64,000 bases of DNA, from assembly GCA_028534125.1 (NCBI GenBank), contig CM052816.1:36830001-36894000 (forward strand), written 5' to 3'. Position numbers and translations under genes: made by a program. The DNA is from Lama glama. Taxonomy: Eukaryota. This document shows, piece by piece, positions 1 to 13,454 of the stretch; the stretch's first letter is position 1, and the number at the start of each line of letters is the position of its first letter. Under the pieces are notes generated by a model. That model was not told the origin of the DNA, ran no database searches, and saw only the letters and a program-made list of their open reading frames with translations.

Positions 1-75
1 CTCCATAAGAGCTTATAATTATCTGGAAGACACAGACCAGTAAATAATCAAAATGCAAAAAAAAAAAATACAATT

Positions 76-446
76 TGTTAACAAGTTTGATGTCCTTTAT
101 TCAAGGGAAAACAATCCATGGATTGAGCAAGTACACTTTTACACAAGCAGTGGACATTCTTGGACAAGAACAAGTTTTGTAGGATCTTAGAAGAGGCAGC
201 TTGGAAATAGGGCATGATTGGCTAAAAGTTCAGGGATTTCCCTATAAGGCTAGCAGGTCCTCTCATCTAGGGTAAGGTAAGCTAGATAAGGCTGTTTGGA
301 GGATTATGACTGGTGTATATTAGGTTTCCTTGACAGGGAGGCAGCTCCCATTAGTGCAGGCTAACTTAGGTTTAGATTTGTGACATGAGCTGGCCCCTGG
401 GGAAACCTCTAGTTTGTGAGTCCCAATATAGGAAGTAGCTTTCTCA
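76..446 (-). mobile_element. Solo ERV LTR (ERV1-like), apparently interrupting an L2 fragment
   Basis: Begins TGTTAAC and ends ...TTCTCA. TTTATT near the left end reads as a polyA signal on the minus strand; ATTGG (CCAAT on minus) at ~217. Flanks 1-60 and ~447-480 look L2-like. No clear TSD. Confidence 0.5.
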
Positions 447-924
447 AGAGTTACATGGGGGTTTCTGAGAGCAGTTTTAACTTTATGCTTCTCCAGATTT
501 CATCAGGAATACTCTTATCCCTTTCGATCTTCCTTGGCACTGTACCTGGCATGATAATTGTTGACTGGTTACTTCTACAAGGAGTAAGTTTTTAAGTTGA
601 ACCTTGTGTATTGCCTAAAAATTAAGTTTAGTTTCTCCTAATATACCAGGTTTTTTTTTTTCTTTTGGTAGGAAGAAATAGCAAGTGGGTTAGAGCAGGA
701 GGATTTAATTCCTGAAACAATTAAAGAAATTACATTGAAATTTTAAAACAAAAATGCAGCCTGTATAACTCGATAGCAGAAATTACTCCTAATAGCATAT
801 TTTGACTCTTTTATTTTTTATTTTTTTGTTATATACATACACATTTATAGACAAACAGACATGCTTTTACAGGAATAGAATACCTCTGGAAGGATACATG
901 AGGGAGGGAGCTTTATTTTTCACT

Positions 925-1058
925 TTTCTTGTTTGTTTTTGTTTTTTTGGGGGGTAATTAGGTTGGTTTGTTTCTTTATTTAATGGTGGTACTGGGGAAT
1001 GAACCCAGGACCTCATACATGCTAGGCATGCACTCTACCACTGTGCTACCTACCCTCT
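925..1058 (-). mobile_element. tRNA-derived SINE, camelid Vic-1 type
   Basis: Reverse complement reads GAGGGTAGGTAGCACAGTGGTAGAGTGCATGCCTAGCATGTATGAGGTCCTGGGTTCATTCCCCAGTACCACC (A box and B box), then a TAATTACCCCCC tail and an A-rich tail. Possible TSD TTT(T/C)CACTT on both sides. Confidence 0.85.
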
Positions 1059-3759
1059 TTCCACTTATATTTATTTACATGCAAATACATTGCCTCAAAC
1101 AATATTTTTTAATTACAAAAGAAAAATGAAATTAATGTCATCTCTCTTACACCTATGTTGGCATAATCCCAGGTTAATAAAGCTCTGAGAGAAAAACCAA
1201 AGGTAACCTGGGACTTAAAATAAATAACCTAAATTTTTATTTATTAAACTGTAAATTTCACAGTAGTAGAATTGTCCACAAATTTACTTTTTTGCTTTAT
1301 ATGTTTAGCAAAGTGTTTACACATAATGGATTTTTAAGAAACACTTACTTAATAAGTAAATAGACACCACTTTGAGTAAAAATCCTACTATACAATCTGG
1401 TATGTGAGGAATACTGGCATACTGAGAGCATTTCTTCAGCTACTATAAGTCAGCTTAATTTTGATTCCAAGCTTTCATTTCATGGGGACTTAAGAAAAAT
1501 CCTATCTCAGTGTCCACCTATGCTCTTTTGCTTCCAGGAGCTGGATAAGAATTCCAGGGAGGTAACTCGCAGGCAGTGTTTATCAATGGGCAGTGTGTTC
1601 TGGCTTCCATGGTCCTTTCCAATCTGTTATTTTGTCTCATTTGGGCACTGAGAATCTTAGGCTGTAGACCTATGGTGTAGGATCTGACCTTCTCATGCAC
1701 CAAGCAGCCTTGGCCCCAGAGAATATCCTAGCTCCCTGCCAGGGTACTGCCAGAGACTTAGCCCAGCCCCATTTGCTCACATGACTCATGCCTATCTCTC
1801 CCCTTTCCAGAAATATTGAGTCAGTGAAGCACATTTTTCCTTCATCCTCTTTATTCCCCTTGGGTCTACAACAAAACTGCCCTGAATTCTAAATGGCTGA
1901 AAATGGTACTTCTTGTACATAGATAGATTTTAGGGTCAAAAAAGAAATATCACAAAAATTATCTGGTCATATACATCAATTCTTTGAAAAAGTCATGACA
2001 ATGTGGGATAGATAGATGGAGAGATTAGAGTCTCTCTGTAGAGAGATAGTGTAAGTTTAAAAATAATTTTTTTATTTTACTTGACTCATTTTCTTTTTTA
2101 ATTATTTTTAATAATTTCTTTTATACTATATTATTTAATAAATAAAACAGAAAAAATATTGGAAAAACACAAAAATAACTTGAATTTTCTGGAAACATAA
2201 ATAATTTTCCTTTGAAAGGTAAAGAAAAGCCTAGAGCTGATGCATAACAGAGTCCACTAACAATGCCAGCTTCTGAAAGCCAGAAACACAGGTATAAGAA
2301 ATCTCGGTTCTATGTTTGCTCTTACAAGCTTTATGCAACTGTTGCTTTGGGGCTACACTATATTAATTGCGTGCTCTACTTTCTAGTATTTTTCTTTCCT
2401 TAATAGTCATATTATGTGTGTTACATACAGATTAATATATATTTTTCTTCAAGAGACTCAATCCTGTTTTGCATTTATGTAGTTTTTAGGTATATTATGG
2501 AAAGTTCTCCAATTGCAGTTGGAGAACAAGGTCTAATAAATCACAGAGGAAGGTAATTTTATATGGGAAAAGGCATGCTGCATATTTTTGCCATTTCTAA
2601 AATATATCATTCATCCATATATGCATTTGGGTTACAACAAGAACGTATGCGTGTTGATATCCCTTTTGAGCATAGTCTCTAATTGACTGAACTTCAGAAA
2701 ATGTGGGCTCTGTTCAGACTGCAGTATTGTCCATGTTACGTGGTCTTCTAACATTCCTTCCTTCTCTTCACTCTCTTAGCAGTTTGAGATTGGGAATGAG
2801 AAAGCTGTTTTCTCTTTTCCCCTTAAGTAATCATTTGCTATGAATGAATTCCTCTTGGTAATGCTGACAGGCATGTTGGCAACAACAGAGTGTTCACTGC
2901 TTATTACTGTTGACCCCGCTCTACTGGACTTGGGACTACACACCTAAGAAGCATATTCTGATCTTTTCCATAGAGAAAGTCAAAGTGAAGCATGAAATGA
3001 TAGCTACCTACTGTTATTCTGGCTTGATTCTAAGAATTATACATGACCCTTCTTTCATCTTCACTTTGTATAAATTCCTCTTGTTCCTGAGACCAAAGGA
3101 CTAGGAAGACAGAAGCAAAAGTAAAGCCTGAAAATATTCAGGCTAAAGACTCAGTCAAAACAAAATCTCACCATAATGAGAGTTATGCATACATTTGAGA
3201 AGCCTATATTTTGTTCCCTTCTGCCTTTTGGGAATTCAGTTTGATAAAATAGCTGTCAAATATCAACCCAAACCTTCAGGACTTTGGGCAGCAACTACTG
3301 GGCCTATAAGCAGAAAAGAGACACCAGAACTAGAAGAGCCAGAAATTCAATGAAGCTGAGCAACAAAGGCTAAGCAGTGGATCCACAATAGGCAGAGAAC
3401 CAGGTATTTAGAGGCAAATTAAATTGAAGATCACCACGAAATAGTGGCTTGGAAGTCATGCTGGTAAGCCAAAGTTCCAGACACCTGGATTCTGGGGGCT
3501 ATTTTAGAGCAGAGCTCCTGCAAAATGTGAGACCCATAACAGTGAAGGAAGGAGAGATTTTAGGCTTTGCTCAGAGCCAGTATTCAATAAAAGTGAATCA
3601 AATTGTGATCACTTTATTATATTTTTAACTACTTTCAAGCTTTTTCAAGGGAAAATTCTCAATGTAAGCTTTATTTTTCATAACTCTCCAATAATTTCTT
3701 TTTTTGTAAGAAGGAAACATAGTCTCTGATTCAGAGGCTTTAAATAACGTGCTTTTCAT

Positions 3760-3980
3760 CATATTTCATCACAAATCACTTCCTATTTATGCCAAGTTGT
3801 ATTTTCCATTTTAACAACATATACTTTCCTTTTAAACATACTTAAAGCAGATTTAATATGAATTTATTTAAAGAGAAATGTTAGGTAAATAATAATTTTA
3901 ATGTACTAGAGCTGGTACTTAGATATGGTAAAAGTTCTGAAGATGGCACTCAGATGACAGACATTTGGGAAATACTGTTT
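3760..3980. mobile_element. hAT-Charlie-type DNA transposon fragment
   Basis: Ends TTTGGGAAATACTG, resembling the Charlie/MER terminal inverted repeat. Confidence 0.4.
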
Positions 3981-4394
3981 TGAACAGTATGATGACACAC
4001 ACACTCCTGCATATACATCAGGTTCCTCTGTCAGTTAGAAGCTGTCTCTATTTTCATACAAGACTGAGGCTACTGAACACACACACAGACACACACAAAT
4101 AGATGTTACTGTGAGGCATAGGGGGAGGGAAGTCTGTTTCAACTTCTATTCTCTTCTTAACCAAAAAAAGAATTAGAAATGAAACAATACCTTGGATTTT
4201 GGATTTATCAACCAGAAAGAACAACAAAAAACTGCATGTCTACCTCATGCTTGTAACTTCTGTGAATTCACTTGCACACATAAGTGACCCAGTTTCAGAT
4301 TGTCAGTGGCGTTATCCGTGGTTGATTCCAATAGCATTGGGTAAATCCAATATTCTGATCTCAGGAAGGAATGTAAAATTTAAATGTTTCAATT

Positions 4395-4395
<1 letters not shown>

Positions 4396-4426
<31 letters not shown>
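4396..4426. repeat. (CA)n microsatellite
   Basis: Directly visible. Confidence 0.97.
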
Positions 4427-4429
<3 letters not shown>

Positions 4430-4634
4430 AAAGCTTTCCAGTCTGAAAACTCTATGAATATGACCCATAAAGCCATGTTCTTCTATTATAATTGTGAAGC
4501 AGGAACAAGTTAGAATAAGAATCAACTGCCATAAATCAGCCTACACTTGAATAAGAAAAGATCTTTCTTTTTCTTTCATATTTGATAATATATTTGACTC
4601 TGTATCTAGTAGTCATGTCATTCTAAGCCCACTG

Positions 4635-4998
4635 TGTTTTTTAACAAGCGAAACATGCATACAAAAAAGTATACACATCATAATTCTACAACTCAAGAAT
4701 CCTTCATAATCTAAACACGCTCATAAAACAAGCATCTAGATCAAGAAACATGAAGTTACCAGTGTCTCAGCAAACCTTATCATCACGCTTTATGGTCACT
4801 ACAAGTCTGAAAGTATAACTGCTATCTTGATTTATAATACTGTAGATTAGTTTTGACACATTTTGTTACTTATGGAAATGAGATAATGCAGCGTATACTA
4901 TTTTATGGCTGACTTCTTTCATTCAAAGGTATATTTTTGAGATTCAACTTTCTATGGGTGCATTTATAGGTGGCTCATTTTTATGCTGTACATTGTTT
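4635..4998 (-). mobile_element. Old L1M 3' end fragment
   Basis: Antisense L1 3'UTR motifs such as TAGATTAGTTTTG and GGAAATGAGATAATGCAGCGTATAC...TGACTTCTTTCATTCAA. Confidence 0.7.
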
Positions 4999-4999
4999 A

Positions 5000-5690
5000 T
5001 GAAAAGATATTCAACCTCACCTAGAACAGAGAATTACAGATTAAAGCTACACTGAGACACCATTTCTATCTGTCAGATTGACAAAATTTAGAAAGTTAAA
5101 TAACATAGTCTATTGCTGAGGCTGTGTGATGAGACACTTTCATACTTTTGGGGTTGGAATGCAAATCAGTATACTGCTTGTGAAAAACACACACACATTT
5201 ACCTTTTGATCTAGCCATCTCGCTTCTAGGAATTAACCCTGCAGATACACCAATCACAATTTTTTTAATAAAAATATCATATATTTAATGTAGCATGTTT
5301 TAAACAACAGACGCTGAAAATAATCAATATGTTTATAAGTAAGAGAGTGTTTGAAAATTAACACATTCTCACAAAGGAGAGCTTCATAATACAAAAAAAA
5401 AAAAAGATAAAGAGTTCTGTGAACAGACTTGGAGTGATTTCCAAACTATATTTTAAGTGAAAAACAAAACAAAACAAAATGAAAAGTGCCTATATTATTC
5501 AACATTCTACTTTTGATTGAGAAAGTTTGTGAAATTGAAAAAAAACACATAAATTTAGTACTCAGTGGCACAAAAGGAACTGTAGGAAGCATAAACTAGT
5601 GACTACTGAAATTGGTTAATTTCAAGGGATAATTGGAATGGTGTGGAAATGATAAAAGAAATTGAGAGGTGGACAATTTCTCTACAATGT
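5000..5690 (+). mobile_element. L1MC-like ORF2 end and 3'UTR fragment
   Basis: GAAAAGATATTCAACCTCAC...GAGACACCATTT...TTTGATCTAGCCATCTCGCTTCTAGGAATT match the C-terminal L1 ORF2 consensus. Confidence 0.75.
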
Positions 5691-5699
5691 CTCTAACAC

Positions 5700-6178
5700 T
5701 AAAAAAGATTTTTTTTTTGATAATAACCATCCTAACAGGGGTGGAGTGATATGCTTTGATTTACATTTCCCTGATGATCAGTGATGTTGAGCATCTTTTC
5801 ATGTATCTGTTGACTATTTGTATGTCTTCTTTGGAGAACTAAATATTCAAGTCCTTTGCCCATGTTTTAAACTAGGTTATTTGTTTGTTTGTTTGTCTAT
5901 TTTGCTATTGAGATGGAATATATTTTGAAAGTTAACCCTTTGTTATATACATGGTTTGCAAGTTTTGTTTTTTTTTTTCATTTCATAAGTTGCTTTTTCA
6001 CTATGTTGATTTTTTCATTTGCCATGCAGAAGGTTTTTAATTTGATACAGTCCCACTTGTTTATTTTTGCTTTTGTTGCTTATGCCTTTGGTGTCATATT
6101 CAAGAAATTATTGCTGAGAGCAAATTCAAGAGGCTTTTCCTCTAGGTTTTCTTCTAGGAGTTTTATAATTTCAGCTCT
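5700..6178 (-). mobile_element. L1 ORF2 3' portion, antisense
   Basis: Canonical antisense L1 string TTTCCCTGATGATCAGTGATGTTGAGCATCTTTTCATGTATCTGTTGACTATTTGTATGTCTTCTTTGGAGAA. Explains ORF 5889-6329. Confidence 0.9.
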
Positions 6179-6180
6179 CA

Positions 6181-6181
<1 letters not shown>

Positions 6182-6231
<50 letters not shown>
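6182..6231. repeat. (CA)n microsatellite
   Basis: Directly visible, about 25 units. Confidence 0.97.
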
Positions 6232-6233
<2 letters not shown>

Positions 6234-6385
6234 GATGCAAGGGAACTTTCAGAGGTGATGGCTGTTTATTATGCTAATGGTAAGACAAGTGTATACATAC
6301 GTCCAAATTCACCGAAGTGTGTAAATTAATTATATTTACTTTTTTGTGTAACAAATATATGCCTTAATAAAGATGAAAATAAGAG
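6232..6385 (+). mobile_element. L1 extreme 3' end
   Basis: CAAGGGAACTTTCAGAGGTGATGG...GTGTATACAT...AATAAAG followed by an A-rich tail. Confidence 0.7.
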
Positions 6386-6389
6386 AAAT

Positions 6390-7633
6390 GAGGGGAGGTG
6401 ACACTTCTCTAAGTATACCTTTTAATAATGTTTCGTATATTTAAAACAAAAGGTATGAGGGAAAGTTGAAATGAAATTTTACCAAAAACAAATTAATCAA
6501 CTCATATTTCAAATAAAATATCATAACCCATTCTAAGATTAAAGAAAAATCCAAACAATATAAATCTATATTTCAAAAATAATAAATGATTAATAAATAA
6601 GTCAATAAGCAAGTAAGGTGAACAAATAGGGAAATAGGAAAGTTCTTCCTTGTAGTATAAGGCTAAGTAGTAAATGTAGAAATTATGATCAAACTATGAT
6701 GGCAACAGTCATCATAATTGGTTCAATCAGGAATTATAAATGGTAAAATTAATAGGTGAAAGTTTGAGAGCTGGGATTTATTTAATTATCTGTAAATATT
6801 TCCATATATGATATTTATTAATTTTATGATAAATAAAAAGTGTATATTGAAGAACTTTGCAGAAAATTACCCCAACCAGTGTATCAGAATTAATATTACC
6901 AATAATGGGAAAAATAGCCTCACACCCCATTGGATACTATGCACTGAAAAAATAGCAACATCATTCCTCTGATATCAAAGTCCAAACTGCATAACCTGAA
7001 TCTTATCATGAAAAAACAATAATAAAGCCCAAAGCAAGGGGCATTTTACCAAACAATTGTCCTATACTCTTTATAGAAATTTCAATATGCTGAAACTCAA
7101 GGGTTGCAAATACATTTCAGAATCAAGGATTCTAAAGAAACATGAGAACTGAATGCACTACACAACCTGGGATTTTATTTTTTTATAAAGGACATCATTG
7201 GGAAATGGATGAAATCTGAATTTTGGCTTCCAATTAGAGAATCAAATAAAATTAATTACCCTGACTTTTTGTAATTTTACTGTAGTTAAGTAAGAGAATG
7301 TCCTTGACCCTTAGAAATGCAAACTGAAGTCGTTAGGATAAATGGATATCATGTCTGAAAAACTACTGGCCAAAGATGGTGGGGAAGATACACACACACA
7401 CACACACACATATAATAGAGAGAGAATATAAATTATAAAATATCAATTACCAATATACACATATGTATACATACATTCCATATAGGTACATATAATATAT
7501 ATATATTTAAATTGAGGGTTTCTGAGTGGTGAAAAGTATACAGGATTTTTTCATATGTATTTTCAATATTTTTCTTGCAACTTTTCTGTAAGTGTGAAAT
7601 TATATCAAAACAAAAAGATAAAATAAATAAAAA
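6390..7633 (+). mobile_element. L1MC/MD-like long 3'UTR
   Basis: GCATAACCTGAATCTTATCATGA and TTTTCTTGCAACTTTTCTGTAAGTGTGAAATTAT motifs; A-rich tail at ~7610-7633. Confidence 0.75.
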
Positions 7634-10600
7634 GTACAGGCCCAGCACACTATGATTAAAAATTGTCAAAGGATCAGTTGCCATACTTTACTAGAAAATG
7701 AAATTAGAGAATCTGAGACTAGGTATGTAGTAAAGGTAAAGAAAGACATATATTCAGGGCTCAGTTGCTACAGATATCAGGCTAATTTGCCAGGTGATAC
7801 CTCATTCACCTAGACCTTTCAAAATCAGTCTGTGCATACGTGACAAAATGTGACTCCTGTGCTTTAAAGTTGTGGCCTGAAATTGAACAACAACAATAAA
7901 AACTCACATTTCTTTGAAAATGCTAGTGATTTTGACAGCTTCTTTATATCTCTCGGTTTTATCAATGACTAGAAAGTGAATATTAGTTAACTGAGGAAGT
8001 CTTGTAAGTTTCTATTTTCAAATATAAATTTTCCTTCAGTAAAATAATCATGGTATCTTTTGTACAATTTTTAGTGGCTCTTATATAATAATAATATGTT
8101 TAAATTTGCAAAGTTTGCCTGACTTTCACAAGTGTTTTAAAATAGACATATAAATCTTTTCAATGTATTTACTTAATTAAGACTTACTCAAGGCTGATAT
8201 AACATACAAGCTTAGTTATTTAAAATACAAACAAGATTGAATTATGAAATATGCTAATTGTGCTAATATAGAAATTAGGCTTAATACCCTTCTTTGGAAA
8301 ACTTTGTAAGAAAGTAGATCGTAGTCAAATATGAAAGATGTAAATATACTGGAATTTCTTTAAAATGTTTTTTGATTCCAGTATTTCATTGTTAGCATTT
8401 GACATTTGTGTATTTTTTGTAAAATACCTGTGTATTTTGCAAGGTTTAAAAATGTCATTTGATATCTTCAGATTATTTTATCAGTGAGGAATATACAATA
8501 AGATATGGCTTAAACAGCCAAGCTGACCTTTAATTAAAAAAAAAAAATTAAAGCAAACAGTGTTAGTGTTTTGGGTTTGACAGATCTCAAAGACAAGTTA
8601 AACTTCCCTGCTAGGAGCTAGAGGGAAAAACAAAGTAAGGTATTGGCGCTTAATTATAATCTTTTTTGAAGAAAATATTGACTCTGAAAGCCATCCCTAC
8701 AAACAAAGCTTCCACTCAGATAGTCATAGCTATTATTTCTTATATCAGTGCATCAGTGGTGACAACAAATGATAAATATTACATAGTTCTATTGAAAATT
8801 AAAATTCTTTCTTTGGGGGCTGCAAAGAACCTAGAAAAAAATACTTTGTTGACAGGAAATTTCTGATGTGGGTAGAAAACATTTTTTTTAAATACATCTA
8901 AATTGCCATGACTTAATATTAGACTTCTGATGAATATAATTTGAGTGGAGACAGTTATATTCAAAGGATCCTTATCAAGTAACTAGTATAAGCCAGGCCA
9001 AATCTGGAACTATTTTATCTAAGACAAATTTTTGAATATTATGTCAGTATCTGAGTAGTCTGCTGTGCTGATATTTATGAAAGGAAGAGTATGTACAGAA
9101 CAGAAAACAAATTATAAATTTGAAAAAATGACAAGAAGAGCATGTCAGTTGTCAGAGAATACAGAGTATTGCACCTCATTCTCTTCTCTTGGATTCTTAG
9201 AGAAGCTAAACTAATCTGGGGTATTTTTTAAATGATCTGTTGTTTTAAATAAAAATCTGGTACTCTACGTGGGTCAGTTTCTGAAAGTCTCTTTCTTTTC
9301 TTTATAAGAATAGGTTTCTTGCAGTTTATACAAGATGCATAAACAAGTATCCTTTTTTAGCCAACTGGATTAAAATGAGATTACAAACTTTTCTCATATT
9401 TAAGAATCTAACATCATAATTTTACTGATTTTAAAATTAATCATGTATTATATTATTTCTATAATATATATGTATGCACATTGTCAGTCTTTTATCTCTC
9501 TTAACTTTAATTAAAATAACAGACTTAAAGACAACACAGAAATCAAAGACAAAGGATCCATGACAGCATCTTCTGTAAAATGAACACCTGAAATCTACAT
9601 GCCAAACATAAATTTGCTTTAACTCTTATTTGCATTAAATAAATATTATATTGAAACTTTATTTTATAATGCTTTCCTAATCTATTATAAAATAATATTT
9701 TAATTATTTAGAAAAATTATAGATAACAAAATTTCATAAAATTATTTTTTACTTAAGAATTTTAAATATGAAGAGAGGAAAAATTAAACAGAAAATAGGA
9801 TTTTTATTATAGAAGACTAATAATTAAAAAATTTGGTGAACAAACATGAGAGTAAGCTAAAAGAACATTTATTTTAAAAACTGAATCTTAAGAATGGCTA
9901 AATGAAACATCATTTCCATTGATTCTTGTGGAGAGCAGAAAAAGTGAAGAAAATAAGACTCTCCTGCAGGAAGGGTGAAGGTAACTTCGACCACAGTGAG
10001 TCAGTTAAAGTAAACTTTATATTGGTTTTTGTTCACAAATGTCATGTCCATTGCATTTTGCCTTCGGTTTCCTTTCATTTGAAACCGTGGGAAACCTGAA
10101 ACTCAAAATAAAATTTATACCCTTTGCTCAGCTCTGTGGGTTTGGAAACTTCTCTAGGGTTTAGTTCATTTTTTCATTCTTACCAACTGGCATATGTATT
10201 AGACACTGAGCCCAAATGAAACCACAAAAATTGGTCTCAAAATATCCCTGGCTATCAACAGAGAGCAAAGTGTTAAGCTTGTAGGTTTGCTGAATATTTC
10301 AGGGTTTTGGAAAATATTCACATTATACTTGGCTCTTTTTATCTCTCTTTTCAACCCCAAACTAAAGAATCTCTCAGGACGGAAGGTTTCACTTTTAGGA
10401 CAGAAGCTTGGATCTTAACTACAGAAATTTTCTTGAATATATTAAAAATAAAAAGAGAATTGTATGTATTTGAATATTATGAAAATAAACTTTAAATTTA
10501 TCTAAATTTACATCATAAAGTTACTAAGAAAACTTGTAAAATGCAAACTAATCTTATGGACTCACACTGACAGAACATTACTGACTCAGTAGTGTATCCA

Positions 10601-11839
10601 TCTGTAATGAGTGGTGTACAATGTGTGTATTTGGTGAGTTTAATAATTTGAGAAAATTAAAATGTACCTAGTGTTTTTGGAGTAAGTAGTTAAAATTGTA
10701 ATTCAATATAAATAGAGCTTATTATTGACTTAGCATAGAAACTAAAATTACAATTACATTGTCAGTAATCTTGAGAATGAATAAAAGTAGACAAAAATAA
10801 GTTATATTTATCTTCACTACTTTGAAAAACTATCCATTTTCTTTTCTACCATCTCTTTCCTATGGAATGATAATCATCTTCTGTTCTTATATTTGTGTTC
10901 TGCTAATCGTTTATCATTCAAAACTATATGATTTACTTTACTCTAAAAGGCAACACCGACACCAACACCAAAAGCAAAATACCTCCTATTGCCTTGATGC
11001 CTTGTTGAATTGAATTTGGCTCCCTAATGAACCTACCCCATCACCACACACACACACATATTTGGTTAGCTTAACCAAATAGGAGTTTTATTTTTTAAAT
11101 TTAATTTTATGCATAGGAAATCTGGAGGTTAAAAATAAGCAAACAGAATTATTTAGGTAACTAATCAAGGGTGTAGATTTTTTCTTGTTTCCTATTCCTT
11201 CTCTTATACTACACAGCTTTTCCTTTACCTCATACAATTAATTGTGATGTTTTAGTAAGGCAGAATGAGAAAATATATATTGTATTTTGAAGCACAACCT
11301 GCAGTGTCTACTGCATACAGAGGATTAAAACAAATCAAAACAGTAATTCTGGGCCTTTCTTTATAAATATATAAATAAATATTAGAGGTTATATAAAATG
11401 ATAACTGTTGAGAGTATTCCACAGACACAGAAAGGTATTCATCTTTAGATGGAAGAAGCACATTGTATGATAGGATAACCAAACCTACAAACCAGTGGAA
11501 CTCAAGGAAAAAAAGAGGAAAAAAAAAAAAGATATCCTAAAGCCTCTGACAGAGGGAAGAGAAAAAATAGGTACAAATGAACAATAATTTGATTAAAGGC
11601 ACACTCCTTTTCTGTAACATTAGTGTCCTGAAGGGAATGAAATACTGTTTTATTTGTGCTCAGGAATAACATCTTTCAATGTGGAATGCTATAATTCATG
11701 AATAGAGATAAAATACAGACATCTTTAAGACAAAGAATTTTATTGTAGTGGATACATGCCTGATACCTCAAAATCCATTTTATAAAATTAGTTTCAATAA
11801 AGCATGATTTTTTCATTCCCATTTCCATTGTATAGGTGG

Positions 11840-11995
11840 ATTTTGAACTTGCCAGCATACTGTAATCACCTGAATTCTAGTGCATTTGTTCCATTGACAC
11901 AGATAAAAATCAAATTATCTGAGGTTGAGGTCCAGGCATTAGTATATTTAAAGCCTCTGAAGTGATAACAGTATGGAATCAAGGTGAATCCGTCT
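11840..11995. mobile_element. MER5-like hAT-Charlie element
   Basis: AATCACCTG...AATCAAATTATCTGAGGTTGAGGTCCAGGCATTAGTATATTTAAAGC...GTGAT resembles MER5A/B. Confidence 0.6.
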
Positions 11996-12049
11996 ACAAT
12001 AAATGGTGTGATAGCCTCAGCTACAGCCAGGTTCCACCTGAGGGTTCTT

Positions 12050-12382
12050 ACTGTCTGGCTACTGGATTTTTTTTGCTTTATCAGTTAGCCCAATCAGGTT
12101 AAAAAGAATAACTTAAAATGCATGATTAAGGAGGAAGTCCTTCATTTCTTCCACTTAATGTAAACAAAAAAGAATGATGTCTTGGTTGCCAATAGCAGTT
12201 ACAACAGCAGAGTAGCATGATGAAAAAATAAATAAAAGGTGAGACATTGATAACATAATTGAGGTACTGACTGCATTACTTTTAGACTTGGCTCTATATT
12301 ATAACTTTCCTTAATAGTTCACTCAGTTTGATTTATGTCTCAGTAGTTATTATTTGTTGTCTGCAATGATCCAAGCTGATTT
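12050..12382 (+). mobile_element. Old MaLR/ERVL LTR fragment
   Basis: 3' end pattern ...TTTGTTGTCTGCAATGATCCAAGCTGAT typical of old MLT1 LTRs. Confidence 0.4.
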
Positions 12383-12408
12383 ATTCCCAAGTCATAGAAT
12401 GTTCAGCA

Positions 12409-12433
12409 ACACACACACACACACACACACACA
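12409..12433. repeat. (CA)n microsatellite
   Basis: Directly visible. Confidence 0.95.
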
Positions 12434-13329
12434 GAAATATTACATATTTCAGACAAAAGAAAATTGAACTCAGGAATAGATTGGAATATAAGGAAAACTA
12501 ATGGGAAAATAAGGAATAAAAAGGTAAGTAAAACCAAGTAAGCATATGTGAGTTTTTGGGGAATGACAACTAAACAAGATACAACTAAAAGAATAAAACT
12601 AAAGGATAAAATAAAAGATAAAAAACAAAAATGAAGTAATAAAAATAAAGAACTGAATAGCACAGATAATAATTATGCTTGATTTTATGAACATATAGGA
12701 TCCTGTTCAACAATTAGAAACTACATATTCTTTTTAAGTACACAGAAAACATTTAATGAAATGAACCATAAAATTAAAAAAATTAACAACAAAAAATACA
12801 GAAAATATTATATGAATACAGAGACACACCTTTAGACATTGAAAAGCGAACTCCATGCAGTTGAATTTTAAAAACTATGATTTTTTAATGAGTTAGTCAG
12901 ACAGAATTTATAATTGAAATTATAATTCTTTAGGTCTGAACACTAATGTATAAAACCATACAAAATACAAGATACATCAAAAGAAGTACAGAGGGGCAGT
13001 TATAGTCCTAAGTGCAAAATTTGAAAAGAAAAAAAAAATTAATGATCTAAGACTCCAAATCAATAAATAGGAAAAAAGACAAGAGAGGAAAAAGAGAGAG
13101 AGACAAAAGATAATGAAAAGTGGGAGAAAAGAAATCATAGAATTAGAGTAGAAAATACCTAAATATAAAATAAGAACATATTAGAATGGTTAAACAAAGC
13201 CAAAAGATAAATCCTGGGGGAGGAAAAAAGTATTCATGTGTGAGACAAAGAAATTTAAGTTAAAATTTTCAGGAATGGAAAAAGAAAGAAACATTAGGGC
13301 TACGAACTGGATATTTACCCCTCCCCATA

Positions 13330-13445
13330 TTCTTTTCTTTCAGCTTTGTTGTGGTATAATTGACATACAAAATTGTAAGATATTTAAAGTGTTCATCATG
13401 GTGATTTGATATATGTATACGTTTTGAAATGCATATGTATACATT
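13330..13445 (-). mobile_element. Short L1 3' end
   Basis: CAGCTTTGTTGTGGTATAATTGACATACAAAATTGTAAGATATTTAAAGTG is an antisense L1MA/MB terminus. Confidence 0.75.
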
Positions 13446-13454
13446 GTATATACA

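Noticed and set aside
985..1058. tRNA gene
   Set aside because: The tRNA-like sequence is followed by a SINE tail and an A-rich tail, so it is a SINE head.
5889..6329. Longest ORF (146 aa, hydrophobic) as a membrane protein
   Set aside because: It is the antisense reading of L1 ORF2 fused to a (CA)n repeat.
11059..11081. Hairpin TATTTGGTTA-GCT-TAACCAAATA
   Set aside because: A 10-bp AT-rich stem is plausible by chance and too short for a pre-miRNA or MITE.
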